DNA of 58,075 nt, taken from NCBI GenBank assembly GCA_964402765.1, contig CAYODS010000001.1, positions 1 through 58,075 of the forward strand, read 5' to 3'. Of the stretch, positions 26,334 to 36,427 are shown one piece after another (position 1 is the first letter of the stretch; each line of letters starts with the position of its first letter). A program made the translations under genes and the position numbers. Origin of the DNA: an uncultured Halobacteriales archaeon (lineage in GTDB: Archaea; Halobacteriota; Halobacteria; Halobacteriales; SW-7-71-33). The notes under the pieces are model-generated. The model searched no databases. It was given only the letters and a program-made list of their open reading frames with translations, and had not been told where the DNA came from.

Positions 26334-27344
26334 ATGGACCGACTCTCGGCGTGTTACTTCTGCGGTGCGGCGACGGTCGGTGACCAGGGACGGATGCGCG
26401 TCGCCGGCGAGGCGTCGGCGACCGTGACGCTGTGTGGGGACTGCACGGACAAACTCGACCGCCTGGCGAGCGCCGCCGGGGTGGCGCTGTCGGTCGGCGA
26501 GGCTGACACCCGCCAGTCGGCGACGGAGACGGGTGCCGCCGGATCGACACCCCGGGCGAACGACGAGGCGGACGAGGAGCGAGCGCCGGACCCGGACGCC
26601 GGCGGGGAACCGGCGCCGGACCCGCCCACCGCCGACCCCGCCCCGGTGGCCGACGTCGAGGACGACGAGCGCGCCGGGGCGGACGACGACACACCGGGTA
26701 TCCCCGACGACGCCGAGATCTTCACCGACGACGAGGACCCGCTTGCCGGCGAGGAGGACCCCCTCGCGGACAGCCGCGAACCGGCGTCCGAGTCGGTGGA
26801 CCGCCCGGACGCCTCGGCGGACGACGTCCCGGGCGACGCGACCGATGGCGAGACCGACGATCGCCCGCTCATCCCCTCCGAGCGAGACGACGCCGGGACG
26901 GACCGGTCGTTCAAGACCAGCCAGGCCGCCGGCGGGCGCCGCGAGACGAGTCACGACCCGCGCCGACGGGCCACCGGGGAGTCGGCCTCGCCGTCCGACA
27001 CCGCCCAGTCGGGGCCGGCCGCGACGACGGACGAGCCAGCCGACGCCGCCGACACGGACGCCGCCGACGACACGGACGGCGACGGCGGCACTCGTGACGA
27101 CGGCGACGGGAAAGAGACGACCCCCCCCGACGTGAACGTGGCGACGGTGCCACGCGAGACGTACAACAAGGTGGTCCGCCTGCTGCAGAACCGAACCTTC
27201 CCGGTCGAGCGGGACACGGTCGTCTCGGTCGCGACGAGCGCGTACGGACTGAGCCGGCGCAACTGCGACGCCACGATCGACGCCCTCGTCGAGCACGGCG
27301 TCCTCGAGGAGAGCGAGGACGGCGAGCGACTGTTCCGGACCTGA
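26334..27344 (+). CDS. hypothetical protein: N-terminal CxxC...CxxC zinc ribbon, long acidic disordered region, C-terminal winged-helix-like domain
   Basis: MDRLSACYFCGA...VTLCGDCTDKL at the N-terminus. ETYNKVVRLLQNRTFPVERDTVVSVATSAYGLSRRNCDATIDALVEHGVLEE at the C-terminus. Confidence 0.7.
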   Translation: MDRLSACYFCGAATVGDQGRMRVAGEASATVTLCGDCTDKLDRLASAAGVALSVGEADTRQSATETGAAGSTPRANDEADEERAPDPDAGGEPAPDPPTADPAPVADVEDDERAGADDDTPGIPDDAEIFTDDEDPLAGEEDPLADSREPASESVDRPDASADDVPGDATDGETDDRPLIPSERDDAGTDRSFKTSQAAGGRRETSHDPRRRATGESASPSDTAQSGPAATTDEPADAADTDAADDTDGDGGTRDDGDGKETTPPDVNVATVPRETYNKVVRLLQNRTFPVERDTVVSVATSAYGLSRRNCDATIDALVEHGVLEESEDGERLFRT

Positions 27345-27392
27345 TACGTCGGAGAGCGGGACACACTTACCCCCGGCACACCGCCCCCGGGT

Positions 27393-28181
27393 ATGCACCT
27401 CTCGACGCTGTGTGACCGACTGGACGAGGAGCTACACACCGGGGCCTACGCCGGCGTCGACGCCAGCGCCAACGGCCTCCAGGTCGGGCGGCCCGGTCCG
27501 GGCGCGGCGCCCGACGCCGGCGGCGAGGTCGAACACGTCGCGCTCGCGGTCGACGCCGCCGTCGCCACCGCCGAGCGCGCCGCCGCGGTCGGTGCCGACC
27601 TGCTGGTCACCCACCACGGTCTGGTGTGGGGTGGGCTGGACCGGGTCACGGGCCGCCAGCACCGCCGGATCGCGGCGTTTCTCGACGGCGACCTCCCGCT
27701 GTACGTCTCGCACCTCCCGCTTGATGGCCACCCCGAGCTGGGCAACGCCGCCGGGGTCGCGGACCTGCTCGACGTGGTCGACCGCGAGCCGTTCGTCGAG
27801 GAGCCGACGCCGGTCGGCCTGCGGGGGCGACTCGCGGAGCCGCGGTCGGCGGCGGCACTGCGGAGTGACCTGGCCGACGACCTCGACACCGGCGACGGGC
27901 GGGTGCGGGCCCTGGAGTTCGGTCCCGGCCGCGTCACCGAGGTGGCGGTCGTCACCGGCAGCGGGGCGGACTTCCTCGACGACGCGGTCGCCGCCGGGGT
28001 GGACGCCCTCGTCACGGGCGAGGGGAAGGGGAAACTGTACCACGAGGCGCGTGAGGCCGGCGTCGACGTGGTGCTCGGGGGGCACTACGCGACGGAGACC
28101 TTCGGCGTGGCCCGTCTCGCCGACCGCCTCGCCGAGTGGGGGCTGGAGACGACGGTGATCGACCACTCGACCGGTCTCTGA
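27393..28181 (+). CDS. Nif3-family dinuclear metal centre protein
   Basis: 262 aa with ANGLQVG, LLVTHHGLVWGG and GGHYATETFG motifs of NIF3/YbgI-type proteins. Confidence 0.88.
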   Translation: MHLSTLCDRLDEELHTGAYAGVDASANGLQVGRPGPGAAPDAGGEVEHVALAVDAAVATAERAAAVGADLLVTHHGLVWGGLDRVTGRQHRRIAAFLDGDLPLYVSHLPLDGHPELGNAAGVADLLDVVDREPFVEEPTPVGLRGRLAEPRSAAALRSDLADDLDTGDGRVRALEFGPGRVTEVAVVTGSGADFLDDAVAAGVDALVTGEGKGKLYHEAREAGVDVVLGGHYATETFGVARLADRLAEWGLETTVIDHSTGL

Positions 28182-28243
28182 CCTTCTAGATTCCCGAGAC
28201 GGGGAACAGGTATTTATCTCGACCGCGCTTCTGTCAGTGACGT

Positions 28244-29689
28244 ATGCACTCCAGACGGTCGTTTCTCGAGCGGATCGCCGCGACCGCGGGCGTCCTCGGT
28301 GTCGGTGCGACGGCTGGCTGTCTCGGGTCGGTGCCCGGTCTGGGCGGTGGTGGCGGGGCGGGGAACGCCCCTAATTACGCCGGTCGGCTGTACGACCCGG
28401 ACGAGGTGGCGGACCTCCCGACGCGGCTGTTCGCCTCGTACGACCTCGCGACGCTGTACGAGCGCCGTGACCTGTACCCGGAGTCGATCAGCCAGCAACT
28501 CGAGCAGGCGGACTCGGCGAGCGACGCGGTCACCGTCTCCGAGTTGGACCGCCTGACTGGGTTCGGGATCGCGGGCGAGAACCCCCAGGGCGTCCAGACC
28601 GGTCAGGGCCGGGGCGCCGGATCGGTGATGATGAGCGGGTCGTTCGAGTCGAGCGGTCTGGTCGAGCAACTGCGGGCACAGTCCGGACAGTCGACCTCAC
28701 TGGAGTCCGCCGGCAGCGCGAACGGCCACGACCTGTACACAGCACAGGGGGCGACCGGCCAGGGCAGCAGCGCGCTGGCGGTCAGCGAGGAGTCGGTGTT
28801 CGTCGGCGGCGCCGCCGGTCTCGACGCCACCGGCGAGGACGCCGTCCGTGCGATGCTGTCCTCGTCGGACGCCGGCTACTACGCCGGCAGTGACGCCGGG
28901 AAGCGGCTGATCGACGCCCTCGGCGACCCCACGACGGTCGTCGGCGGGGAGTTCGACCCAGGGGAGTTCGCCCCCGAGGACTTCGAGGGCCAACCCGGCG
29001 GCGAGAGCCTGCAGGCGGTCGTCACCGGCCTGACGGCGGCGGGCACCGCGATGACGCTCGGCCAGGACACCGTCGAGCGCGAGGTCGTCGGCGTCTACGA
29101 GCAGGGGGAGGCTCCAACCGAGGACGACGCCCAGACGCTGCTGGACCTCGCCGCGGCCGCGGCGGCCCAGCAGTCGCCGGTCGGCACCGACGGCTCGGCG
29201 CTACAGGGACTCGTCCAGGACATGGAGCCGAGCGTCGACGGACGCACCCTCACGGTGAGCGTGAGCCGCGACACCGAGGGGCTGTTCCAGAGCGACTCGC
29301 CAGGGACGCCGGTGGCGCCCGAGGCGGCGGTGCTGGTCGCGCCCGGACTCGCGGTCGCCGGGACGTTCCTGCTGGGGTTCGGCGGCGGTGTCGGCGGCGG
29401 TGCGGGCGGTCCCGCCGGTCGCACCCCGCAGATCCAGTTCGACTTCTCGTACGACGCCGGCGCGGGCCAGGTGGAGATCCTCCACGCCGGCGGTGACGTC
29501 CTGAACCAGGAGAACACGACCCAGGCGCAGGTCACCGTCAACGGCCAGCCCCGGGCGAGGTTCCAACTGCCAGTCAGCGCCGGCGACACCGTCACGGTCG
29601 AGGCCGACAGCGGCGCCACGGTCGCCGTCGTCTGGGTCGCCCCGGACGGCACCACCAGACAGACGCTCGCGCTGTTCGAGGTGCCCTGA
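28244..29689 (+). CDS. Tat-lipoprotein domain fused to a C-terminal hydrophobic helix plus archaeal pilin-like (DUF1628-type) beta domain
   Basis: [26 protein letters not shown] is a Tat signal plus lipobox. Near the C-terminus, [20 protein letters not shown] is followed by [27 protein letters not shown]...VTVNG. TATTTAT at 28211-28217 lies 27-33 nt upstream. Confidence 0.7.
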   Translation: MHSRRSFLERIAATAGVLGVGATAGCLGSVPGLGGGGGAGNAPNYAGRLYDPDEVADLPTRLFASYDLATLYERRDLYPESISQQLEQADSASDAVTVSELDRLTGFGIAGENPQGVQTGQGRGAGSVMMSGSFESSGLVEQLRAQSGQSTSLESAGSANGHDLYTAQGATGQGSSALAVSEESVFVGGAAGLDATGEDAVRAMLSSSDAGYYAGSDAGKRLIDALGDPTTVVGGEFDPGEFAPEDFEGQPGGESLQAVVTGLTAAGTAMTLGQDTVEREVVGVYEQGEAPTEDDAQTLLDLAAAAAAQQSPVGTDGSALQGLVQDMEPSVDGRTLTVSVSRDTEGLFQSDSPGTPVAPEAAVLVAPGLAVAGTFLLGFGGGVGGGAGGPAGRTPQIQFDFSYDAGAGQVEILHAGGDVLNQENTTQAQVTVNGQPRARFQLPVSAGDTVTVEADSGATVAVVWVAPDGTTRQTLALFEVP

Positions 29690-29835
29690 CCGCCGCAGTC
29701 CCGGTGAACGCCGGGCGCGCCGACGGGGCGGCCTGGGCGGTCCACCACCTCTCAGACGTGAGAACCGCCCGCCGCCCGTTCTCACCGGTGATAATCGCCG
29801 GTACTCCCTTGAACAGTCAAGCTATCCCGTCGAGT

Positions 29836-31833
29836 ATGGCGTCGTCCCCGGCGGCTGTCAGTGGCCGTGACCAGCGCACCGACGACCCGTCCGGCGGGAT
29901 GCTCGAGTACCTGCCGGACGGGTCGACGATCCCAGAGGAGACGTGGCGGACCCGTCACAGGTGGTTCGTCCTCGTCGTGCTCGCGCACGTGCCGATACTG
30001 CTCGTTCTGGGACTGCTGGAGGGGACAGAGTCGACGGTCACCGGGATCACGCTGCCCCAGACGCCGCTGTGGCGACTGGGGCTGAACCTCGGGTTGACGA
30101 CGGCCTTCGCCGGCGCGGCGGCCGTCGGGCGGTTCCCCCGGCGGCTCCGGACGGTGTTCGCCGTGACCGCGCTGGCGTTCACCTCGGGGTCGCTGGTGAT
30201 GGTCACCGGCGGGTACATCGAGGCACACTTCCACTTCTTCGTCGCCACCGGGATGTTCGCGCTGTACGAGGACTGGCTCCCGTTCGGGATCGGCATCGTG
30301 TACGTGGTCCTCACCCACGGCGTGTTCGGGATGATGCGTCCCTCGCTCGTGTACAACCACACCGCGGCCCAGGTCCACCCGTGGGTGTGGGGACTGATCC
30401 ACGGCGCCTTCGTCGCGATGCTCGCGACGGCGCTCACCGCTCACCTCATCGGCATCGAGAAGTCCCGGCGAGCGGCACAGAGACGCCTCGCGGAGGCCGA
30501 AAAGCGAGCGAACCGCATCGACGACCTCGAACAGCGCCAGGCCGAGATCGAGGAAGAAAAGGCCGAGGCAGAGCGGGCTCGCGAGGAGGCCGAGCGGCGA
30601 CGGACCGAGGCACAGCGGCTGAAGGAGGAGGCCGAACAGAAGCGAGCCGACATCGAGGACCTCAACGCCCACCTCCGCGAGAAGGCCACCGCCTACGGCG
30701 ACACGATGCACCGGGCGGCCGACGGCGACCTCACCGCCCGGGTCGACCCCGACAGCGAGAGCCAGCCGATGACCGACGTGGGCGAGGCGTTCAACGAGAT
30801 GCTGGACCAGATCGAGGCCCTGGTCGCTGAGATCGCCGCCTTCAGCGAGGACGTCGACAGTCGCACTCGCCAGGTCGACGACGGTATGCAGGAGGTGGCG
30901 ACCGCCAGCGAGGAGGCAAGCGAGGCCGTCCAGGAGATCGTCGACGGGACCGACGAGCAGCAGGCGATGCTCGAGGACGTGGCCCGGGAGATGTCCACCC
31001 TCTCGGCGGCCGTCGAGGAGGTGGCCGCCTCCGCACAGACCGTCGCCGCCACCTCCGACGAGACCGCCGCCATCGCCGCCGACGGCCAGGACCTCGCCGA
31101 CGAGATGCGGGCCGACGCCGAACAGGTCCAGCGGGCGATCGAGGAGACCACCGACACCGTCGGCGACCTGGAGACACAGATGGCCGAGATCGGCGAGATC
31201 GTCGACCTGATCGGCGACGTCGCCGAGCAGACGAACATGCTGGCGCTGAACGCAAACATCGAGGCCGCCCGCGCCGGCGAGGGTGACGGAGACAGCGAGG
31301 GCTTCGCGGTCGTCGCCGACGAGGTGAAGAGCCTCGCCGAGGAGACCCAGGCCTCCGCCGCCGACATTCAGGACCGGATCGAGCGGGCCCAGCGACAGAC
31401 CGCCGAGACCGTCTCCCAGGTCGAGCGGGCGCGTGACCTGATCGAGCGGGAGATCGAGGCCGTCGACGAGGTCGTCGAGGCGTTCGCCGACGTCGCCGAG
31501 AACGCGAAGGAGACCGACGACGGCATCCAGGAGATAAGCACCACCACCGACGACCAGGCCACCACGGGCGAGGAGGTCGTGACGATGCTCGACGACGTCG
31601 CGGCCATAAGCGAGCAGTCGGCCGCCAGGGCGCGAGCGGCCGCCGACGCGGCCGACCGACAGACCGAGCGGGTGGCGGAGGTGGACGAGGCCACCGCCGC
31701 CACCGCCGACCAGGTGGCCCGGCTCACCGACCGACTGGCGGCGTTCACCGTCGACGCCGCCGACGACCGCCCGACCGGGTCCTCGTCGGCGCCCGCGCTC
31801 GGCGACGGCGGGACCCCCGGCTGGGACGACTGA
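29836..31833 (+). CDS. methyl-accepting chemotaxis transducer with six-TM His-containing N-terminal domain (Htr8-like, putative aerotaxis/redox sensor)
   Basis: Six predicted helices carry conserved His (LAHVP, EAHFHFF, LTHG, IHGAF), followed by a Glu/Arg coiled coil, a HAMP remnant and the signalling hairpin [20 protein letters not shown]. Start chosen at ATG 29836. Confidence 0.88.
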   Translation: MASSPAAVSGRDQRTDDPSGGMLEYLPDGSTIPEETWRTRHRWFVLVVLAHVPILLVLGLLEGTESTVTGITLPQTPLWRLGLNLGLTTAFAGAAAVGRFPRRLRTVFAVTALAFTSGSLVMVTGGYIEAHFHFFVATGMFALYEDWLPFGIGIVYVVLTHGVFGMMRPSLVYNHTAAQVHPWVWGLIHGAFVAMLATALTAHLIGIEKSRRAAQRRLAEAEKRANRIDDLEQRQAEIEEEKAEAERAREEAERRRTEAQRLKEEAEQKRADIEDLNAHLREKATAYGDTMHRAADGDLTARVDPDSESQPMTDVGEAFNEMLDQIEALVAEIAAFSEDVDSRTRQVDDGMQEVATASEEASEAVQEIVDGTDEQQAMLEDVAREMSTLSAAVEEVAASAQTVAATSDETAAIAADGQDLADEMRADAEQVQRAIEETTDTVGDLETQMAEIGEIVDLIGDVAEQTNMLALNANIEAARAGEGDGDSEGFAVVADEVKSLAEETQASAADIQDRIERAQRQTAETVSQVERARDLIEREIEAVDEVVEAFADVAENAKETDDGIQEISTTTDDQATTGEEVVTMLDDVAAISEQSAARARAAADAADRQTERVAEVDEATAATADQVARLTDRLAAFTVDAADDRPTGSSSAPALGDGGTPGWDD

Positions 31834-31888
31834 CCCCGTCGGCCATCCGGGCGGAAGAACTATTCCGTGGGGGCGAGAGGAGTCCCGA

Positions 31889-32983
31889 ATGGCGTTCGAG
31901 TGGCTGTTCTCGGAGACGTACCTGGGGAGCACGATCGCCCAGTACCTGCTCTTTTTCGCGGTCGTGGCGGTGGGGGCGGTCGCGGGGCGGTCGCTCGGGT
32001 TCCTGTACAAGAAGCGTATCGAGCGGAAGGTGGAGGCGACGAAGACCGAGGTCGACGACATCATCGCCCGCTCGCTCGGCGGCCCGGTCGCGCTGCTCGG
32101 CGTGGTGCTGGCCGCCCTGGCCGGCAAGCGGGTGCTCACGCCGACGGAGCCGCTGGCCTCAGTGTTGAACGCCTCGATCGAACTCCCCGTCATCGTCGCG
32201 GTCGCCTGGATGGCGGTGCGGCTGACCGACGGTCTCGTCAGCGCCTACGTGATGGAGTACGCCGAGACGACCGAGTCCAAACTCGACGACGAACTGGTGC
32301 CGATCGTCAGTCGCGTCACCAACATCGCCATCGTCTCGATCGCGGGGGTCGTGATCCTGGACTCCTTCGGCTACGACGTGACCGCCGTGATAGCGTCGCT
32401 GGGCATCGGCGGGATCGCGATCGCCTTCGCCTCCCGGAAGACGATGGCCGACATCTTCGGCGGGGCGCACATCCTCGCCACGAAACCGTTCGTCGTCGAC
32501 GACGTGGTGGAGGTCGGCGACACCGCCGGCACCGTCGAGGAGATCGGCCTCCGCACCACCCGGATCAGGAACTTCGACGGCCGACTGGTGACGCTGCCGA
32601 ACTCGGCGATCGCCGGCGAACGGGTGACAAACGTCACCAGCGAACCGAGCAGACGGATCAAGACCCGGATCGGGTTGAGCTACGACACCTCGGCGGACGA
32701 GATCGAGGCGGCGCTGGACCTGGCCGCGGAGACGACTGCCTCCGTCGACGGCGTCGACCCCGAGGAGACGGAGGCGCTGTTCTGGGACTACACCGACCAC
32801 GGGATCGAGATCCGCCTGGACTACCACGTCACCGACCGGGGGCGGTGGCCCGCGGTCAAAGACGAGGTCAACCGCGCCGTCAGAGCCGCCTTCGAGGAGG
32901 CTGGCTTCGAGATGGCCGTGCCACAGAGCCAGGTCCGCGTGTCGGGTGACGACCTCAGGCCGGTCGGCGACCTCGGCGAGTAA
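31889..32983 (+). CDS. mechanosensitive ion channel (MscS family)
   Basis: N-terminal TM helices plus the MscS beta-domain signature (GTVEEIGLRTTRIRNFDGRLVTLPNSAI). Confidence 0.88.
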   Translation: MAFEWLFSETYLGSTIAQYLLFFAVVAVGAVAGRSLGFLYKKRIERKVEATKTEVDDIIARSLGGPVALLGVVLAALAGKRVLTPTEPLASVLNASIELPVIVAVAWMAVRLTDGLVSAYVMEYAETTESKLDDELVPIVSRVTNIAIVSIAGVVILDSFGYDVTAVIASLGIGGIAIAFASRKTMADIFGGAHILATKPFVVDDVVEVGDTAGTVEEIGLRTTRIRNFDGRLVTLPNSAIAGERVTNVTSEPSRRIKTRIGLSYDTSADEIEAALDLAAETTASVDGVDPEETEALFWDYTDHGIEIRLDYHVTDRGRWPAVKDEVNRAVRAAFEEAGFEMAVPQSQVRVSGDDLRPVGDLGE

Positions 32984-33243
32984 CGGTCTCAGCCGCCCCG
33001 GGGGGTCCACCCCGACGACAGTGCGTCAGCGGTAAGCCCACGGCCAGCGTATCGCCCCGTGGCCGATGACGAGGGCACTCCCCCGACCCGGGGTCGGCAC
33101 CCGGGGACGACGACCCCTATGAGTGCCGAGGCCCGTCTTCTGTCCCTGGAGTTTCGCGTGAACTGATCGGAAGGCAACGACAGGTCGCTTCTCCCGTCGT
33201 CGGATCACCGGCGTCGCCCCCGACGACCACTCACTCACCCCGA

Positions 33244-33876
33244 TCAGACGTCGAAGGTCACGGCCGCGTCCACGCCGGCAGTATACGACTCGGTGCTTCC
33301 CGGATCGCTTCCCGACAGGACGGCGATCTCCTCAAGACCATCGGTTTCGACGAACTCGAGGGTCGGGTCCGAGAGCGGGTCCAGTGCGATGACCGCGCCG
33401 TCGGTGTAGTTCTCCGCCCAGGTGTGTGAGAACCGATCCGACTCGTAGGCGTCGCCCGTCCTGCCGCTGTTGCCGACGGGACCGTCGGCCACGACGAGGT
33501 CCTCCTCGACCGAGATCGGTTCGTCGAGTGTGAGCACGGCTTCCCCACCTGAGTCGTCGGGCGTGTCGTAGGTGAGCACCAGTGCGTCGTCGGAGTCGCC
33601 GTCGCCCGTGACGTCGCGGTGGAGGAACAGCGTCGCAACGTTGGACTCGTCCAGGCCGTGCCGTGCGGTTTCACACTCGTCGTCGTCTCCCCCGCAGTAC
33701 GCCGCTCGGTGGGTGGAGCCAGTCTCCACGGGGGTCAGCGACTGCCAGTCGGCGTCCGCCCCCATCCGGACCCGGTATCCCCCCGACCCGCCGGACAGAC
33801 ACCCGGTGACGCTGCCGAGAGTCGCCATCCCAGCGGTCGCCGTGAGGAGCCGGCGGCGTCCGATCCCGTCACTCAT
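33244..33876 (-). CDS. Tat-signal lipoprotein, hypothetical
   Basis: Start at ATG 33876. MSDGIGRRRLLTATAGMATLGSVTGC is a twin-arginine motif plus lipobox. Confidence 0.7.
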   Translation of the reverse strand: MSDGIGRRRLLTATAGMATLGSVTGCLSGGSGGYRVRMGADADWQSLTPVETGSTHRAAYCGGDDDECETARHGLDESNVATLFLHRDVTGDGDSDDALVLTYDTPDDSGGEAVLTLDEPISVEEDLVVADGPVGNSGRTGDAYESDRFSHTWAENYTDGAVIALDPLSDPTLEFVETDGLEEIAVLSGSDPGSTESYTAGVDAAVTFDV

Positions 33877-34071
33877 CGCGGCTCGACCCCCGACTGGCCG
33901 TCGCGACCTGCGGTGGTTCAAGAGAGCCTCGAGGCGTCTCAATCGTCTCGACCATGTCCGGGCTCATCGAGATGTACAGCCAAGAAAAATATTCTGGGCG
34001 AACGAGGGGTCGCTGCGGCAGAGAACGCCGGCGTGACGGCTCGACTGTGAGTCGTGAGTGCGCAGTCCCAC

Positions 34072-35055
34072 TCACTCGGAGTCGGTCGACCGCGGCCCGG
34101 CGTCGGGGACCGGAGCCGACCCGCCGCCGGGCAGTTTGCGCTCCTCCAGTGAGGCCACGTCGTCAAGCAGCGTCGGTCGGGGCACCTCCCGCATCGACGG
34201 CGGCTCCTCGCCCCGTCGCTCGGCGGCGGCGACGGCCTGTTCCCACTCCGTGTGCCACAGGAACAGGTCGGCGACGAACATCTGCTCCAGGTAGATGCTG
34301 AGACTCCAGGCGGCCCCGCTGTAGCCGATGACGAGGTACCACTGCGTCGCCGTCAGCGACACCAGTCCCTCGTTGGCCAACTCCAGGAGGATCCCCACCG
34401 GGAGAAACAACACGCCGGCGATCAGGTAAGTGAGCGAGAACCCCGTCGCCACCGCGGCGACGTTGTTCCGGAACACCTCGTACCCGCGCCGCACCGCGCC
34501 GACGAACCCGCGGTCCTCCCAGGCGATCGCCGGCAGGACAAGAAACACCAGCATCCGGACGCCCTTCTTCAGCGCGTCGATACCCGCCCCGAGCAGCGAC
34601 CCGTTCCCGCCGGCCAGCGCCCGCGCGGCGTTCTCCGCGGAGTACTCCTCTGACCCCTCCTCGTCCTCCGCGAGCGCGCCGATCACCGACAGCACGAACC
34701 AGACGACCGACCACACCAGGACGATCGGCAGCATCGACACCAGGTTCTCGGAGGCGGTGTCCAGCAGCGCCCCCGCGAGCGAGGGCTCGCCGCCGCGCTC
34801 GACCTGCTCGACCATCTCCAGCAGCACCGAACACGACAGCGCGAGCAACAGCGCCTGCAGGAACACCGCGCCGAAGGCAAGCACCACCAGCGCCCCGAGA
34901 TCGAGGTCCGGCCTGAAGAACCGCAGCCACACCGTCAGCAGGGCGATACAGACCCACGTCACCAGCAGTGGCACCACGAGCCGCGGGTACCGCCTGAACA
35001 CCCGCCCGGCGTCGACGACGAGCTCGACCCCCGTCTTCACGCCTCCGAGCACCAT
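34072..35055 (-). CDS. multi-pass membrane protein, hypothetical
   Basis: About 6 hydrophobic helices and an acidic C-terminal tail. Start chosen at ATG 35055 (MVLGGVKTG) because the T-rich CTTTTCT (complement of 35081-35087) lies 26-32 nt upstream. ATG 35094 is the alternative. Confidence 0.7.
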   Translation of the reverse strand: MVLGGVKTGVELVVDAGRVFRRYPRLVVPLLVTWVCIALLTVWLRFFRPDLDLGALVVLAFGAVFLQALLLALSCSVLLEMVEQVERGGEPSLAGALLDTASENLVSMLPIVLVWSVVWFVLSVIGALAEDEEGSEEYSAENAARALAGGNGSLLGAGIDALKKGVRMLVFLVLPAIAWEDRGFVGAVRRGYEVFRNNVAAVATGFSLTYLIAGVLFLPVGILLELANEGLVSLTATQWYLVIGYSGAAWSLSIYLEQMFVADLFLWHTEWEQAVAAAERRGEEPPSMREVPRPTLLDDVASLEERKLPGGGSAPVPDAGPRSTDSE

Positions 35056-35124
35056 ACATCCTTTCTGCCGTCGTCCACCGAGAAAAGAGTTCATCCCGTT
35101 CCCGGCGACCGTCGTCGGCCCCGG

Positions 35125-35322
35125 TCAGAACGAAGGTGGCCGCTCGCCGGTGATCTCCTCGACTGCCTCCCGGAACTTCCGGATGTTCTCCTCGGAGTCC
35201 GGCGCCGTCGACGCCTTCGTGCCGGGGAGCTGGGTCTCCTTCGCGAGTTCGACCTTGCCGTCGAGCCCGGCCTGTTCCTTTAGGTAGCCGTAGTACTGCA
35301 TCAGTTTCTCGCCGATGGTCAC
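35125..35322 (-). CDS. small conserved-looking protein (65 aa), translationally coupled to the V4R gene
   Basis: The GTG start overlaps the V4R stop (GTGA). The sequence (M)TIGEKLMQYYGYLKEQAGLDGKVELAKETQLPGTKA...ENIRKFREAVEEITGE is possibly helix-turn-helix-like. An internal ATG at 35301 is an alternative start. Confidence 0.55.
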   Translation of the reverse strand: MTIGEKLMQYYGYLKEQAGLDGKVELAKETQLPGTKASTAPDSEENIRKFREAVEEITGERPPSF

Positions 35323-35957
35323 ACCTCCGCGAAGAACTCCTCCAGTGCGTCCAGGTACGGCGCTGCCTCCTCGCCCCACTCGTCGATCGGCTTGATGACC
35401 CACTCGCAGACGTCGTCGCCCCTGGCGACACAGCGGGACTCCAGTTCGAGCACCGGCTCGCCCATGAAGCCGCTGCATCACGCCGAGCCGTACCCCATCA
35501 GGCTCCAGCAGACGGGGTGGTCGCTCGGACCGTTGTGGATGATGTGCCGTTCGGCCTCGTAGGAGTTGTGCCACAGTCCCTGAAAGTGGAACTCGCCGGC
35601 CCCGCGGTCGTACTCCATCTCCAGTGGCTCGACGGCGACGATGCCCTCCTGGGTGTGCATCGCCGGCCCGACCTCTAAGAGGTCACCGTCGGTGTCGAAG
35701 TCGTAGCTCGTCTTCATCTGCAGGAAGTCCGCGTACCCGGACTGGAACCCGAACTGCAACAGCAGTTCCCGGGCGTCCTCGACGCCGACGGCGTCGATGA
35801 GTTGCTGTCGCAACTGCCCGATCGCGTCGGCGTTGAACGTGACCATCCGGTTGTTCTTGAACGCGTTGACGCCACGCTGTCGTCCGGACTCGAGGTCGGC
35901 CCCGAGTCTGAAATCCGGTGCCTGTATCCCGTCACCGGGTCGACAACCGCGTGACAC
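35319..35957 (-). pseudogene. V4R-domain (4-vinyl reductase-like) protein interrupted by an in-frame TGA at 35478-35480
   Basis: The same frame reads ...HPVCWSLMGYGSA-TGA-CSGFMGEPVLELESRCVARGDDVCEWVIKP..., so the conserved V4R C-terminal Cys motif lies after the stop. Confidence 0.7.
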
Positions 35958-36158
35958 AAACCGTCGTGATGGGTATCAGTTCTCGATCCGTGACGCCGCC
36001 GACCGCCCCACTCCCCCAACACGACCAGATAAGTCAGGACCGCCAGCCAGCCCGTTCCGACGGCGAGGTTCCACGGCGTGTGACCGGCCGGTCGCCCCCT
36101 GTTCCGCCTGCACGACCTCGCCCGGGGAAACGTTCTATTTCGTTGGTACCTTCGGGCT

Positions 36159-36368
36159 ATGGGACGCAGCGAGGACGACACGGAGACGTGCGGTCGGTGT
36201 GCGATGAGTTCCGTCTCCGGCGTCATGGGGGCGGAACACGACCCTTTCAAGAGCGAGCGTATCAAGATCGAGGCCGAGGACCTCCGGCGGGTATCACCCG
36301 GTGTCGTCCTCGGTCGCGTCAAACACCGCATCGACAGTCTCGTCGCGCGGCTCACGTACGATCGCTGA
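36159..36368 (+). CDS. possible small protein (69 aa), hypothetical
   Basis: ATG-initiated ORF in a gap that is otherwise non-coding. Third-position GC is about 80 percent by my count. A weak AT-rich element TTCTATTT lies at 36133-36140. I recognise no family. Confidence 0.35.
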   Translation: MGRSEDDTETCGRCAMSSVSGVMGAEHDPFKSERIKIEAEDLRRVSPGVVLGRVKHRIDSLVARLTYDR

Positions 36369-36427
36369 CCGCACCCCGGGTCGCCGGGTGGCCGGCGTCG
36401 ACCGCTCGACGCCCTGGCCCCGGCGAG

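Noticed and set aside
33061-33170. Possible box C/D sRNA (CGATGAC near 33064, CTGA near 33163).
   Set aside because: The C-box match is imperfect. There is no convincing C'/D' pair or terminal stem, and the spacing (about 100 nt) is longer than typical archaeal C/D sRNAs.
33026-33238. 70-aa and 62-aa ORFs in the MscS/lipoprotein convergent spacer.
   Set aside because: The products are strongly basic, Arg/Gly/Pro-rich and unlike the acidic proteome. There is no start context or promoter element.
35478-35480. In-frame TGA in the V4R gene read as selenocysteine or programmed recoding.
   Set aside because: I know of no selenoprotein machinery in Halobacteria and I see no SECIS-like element nearby. 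A TGG-to-TGA point change or a sequencing error is the simpler explanation. The site is kept as a finding only as a pseudogene or error.
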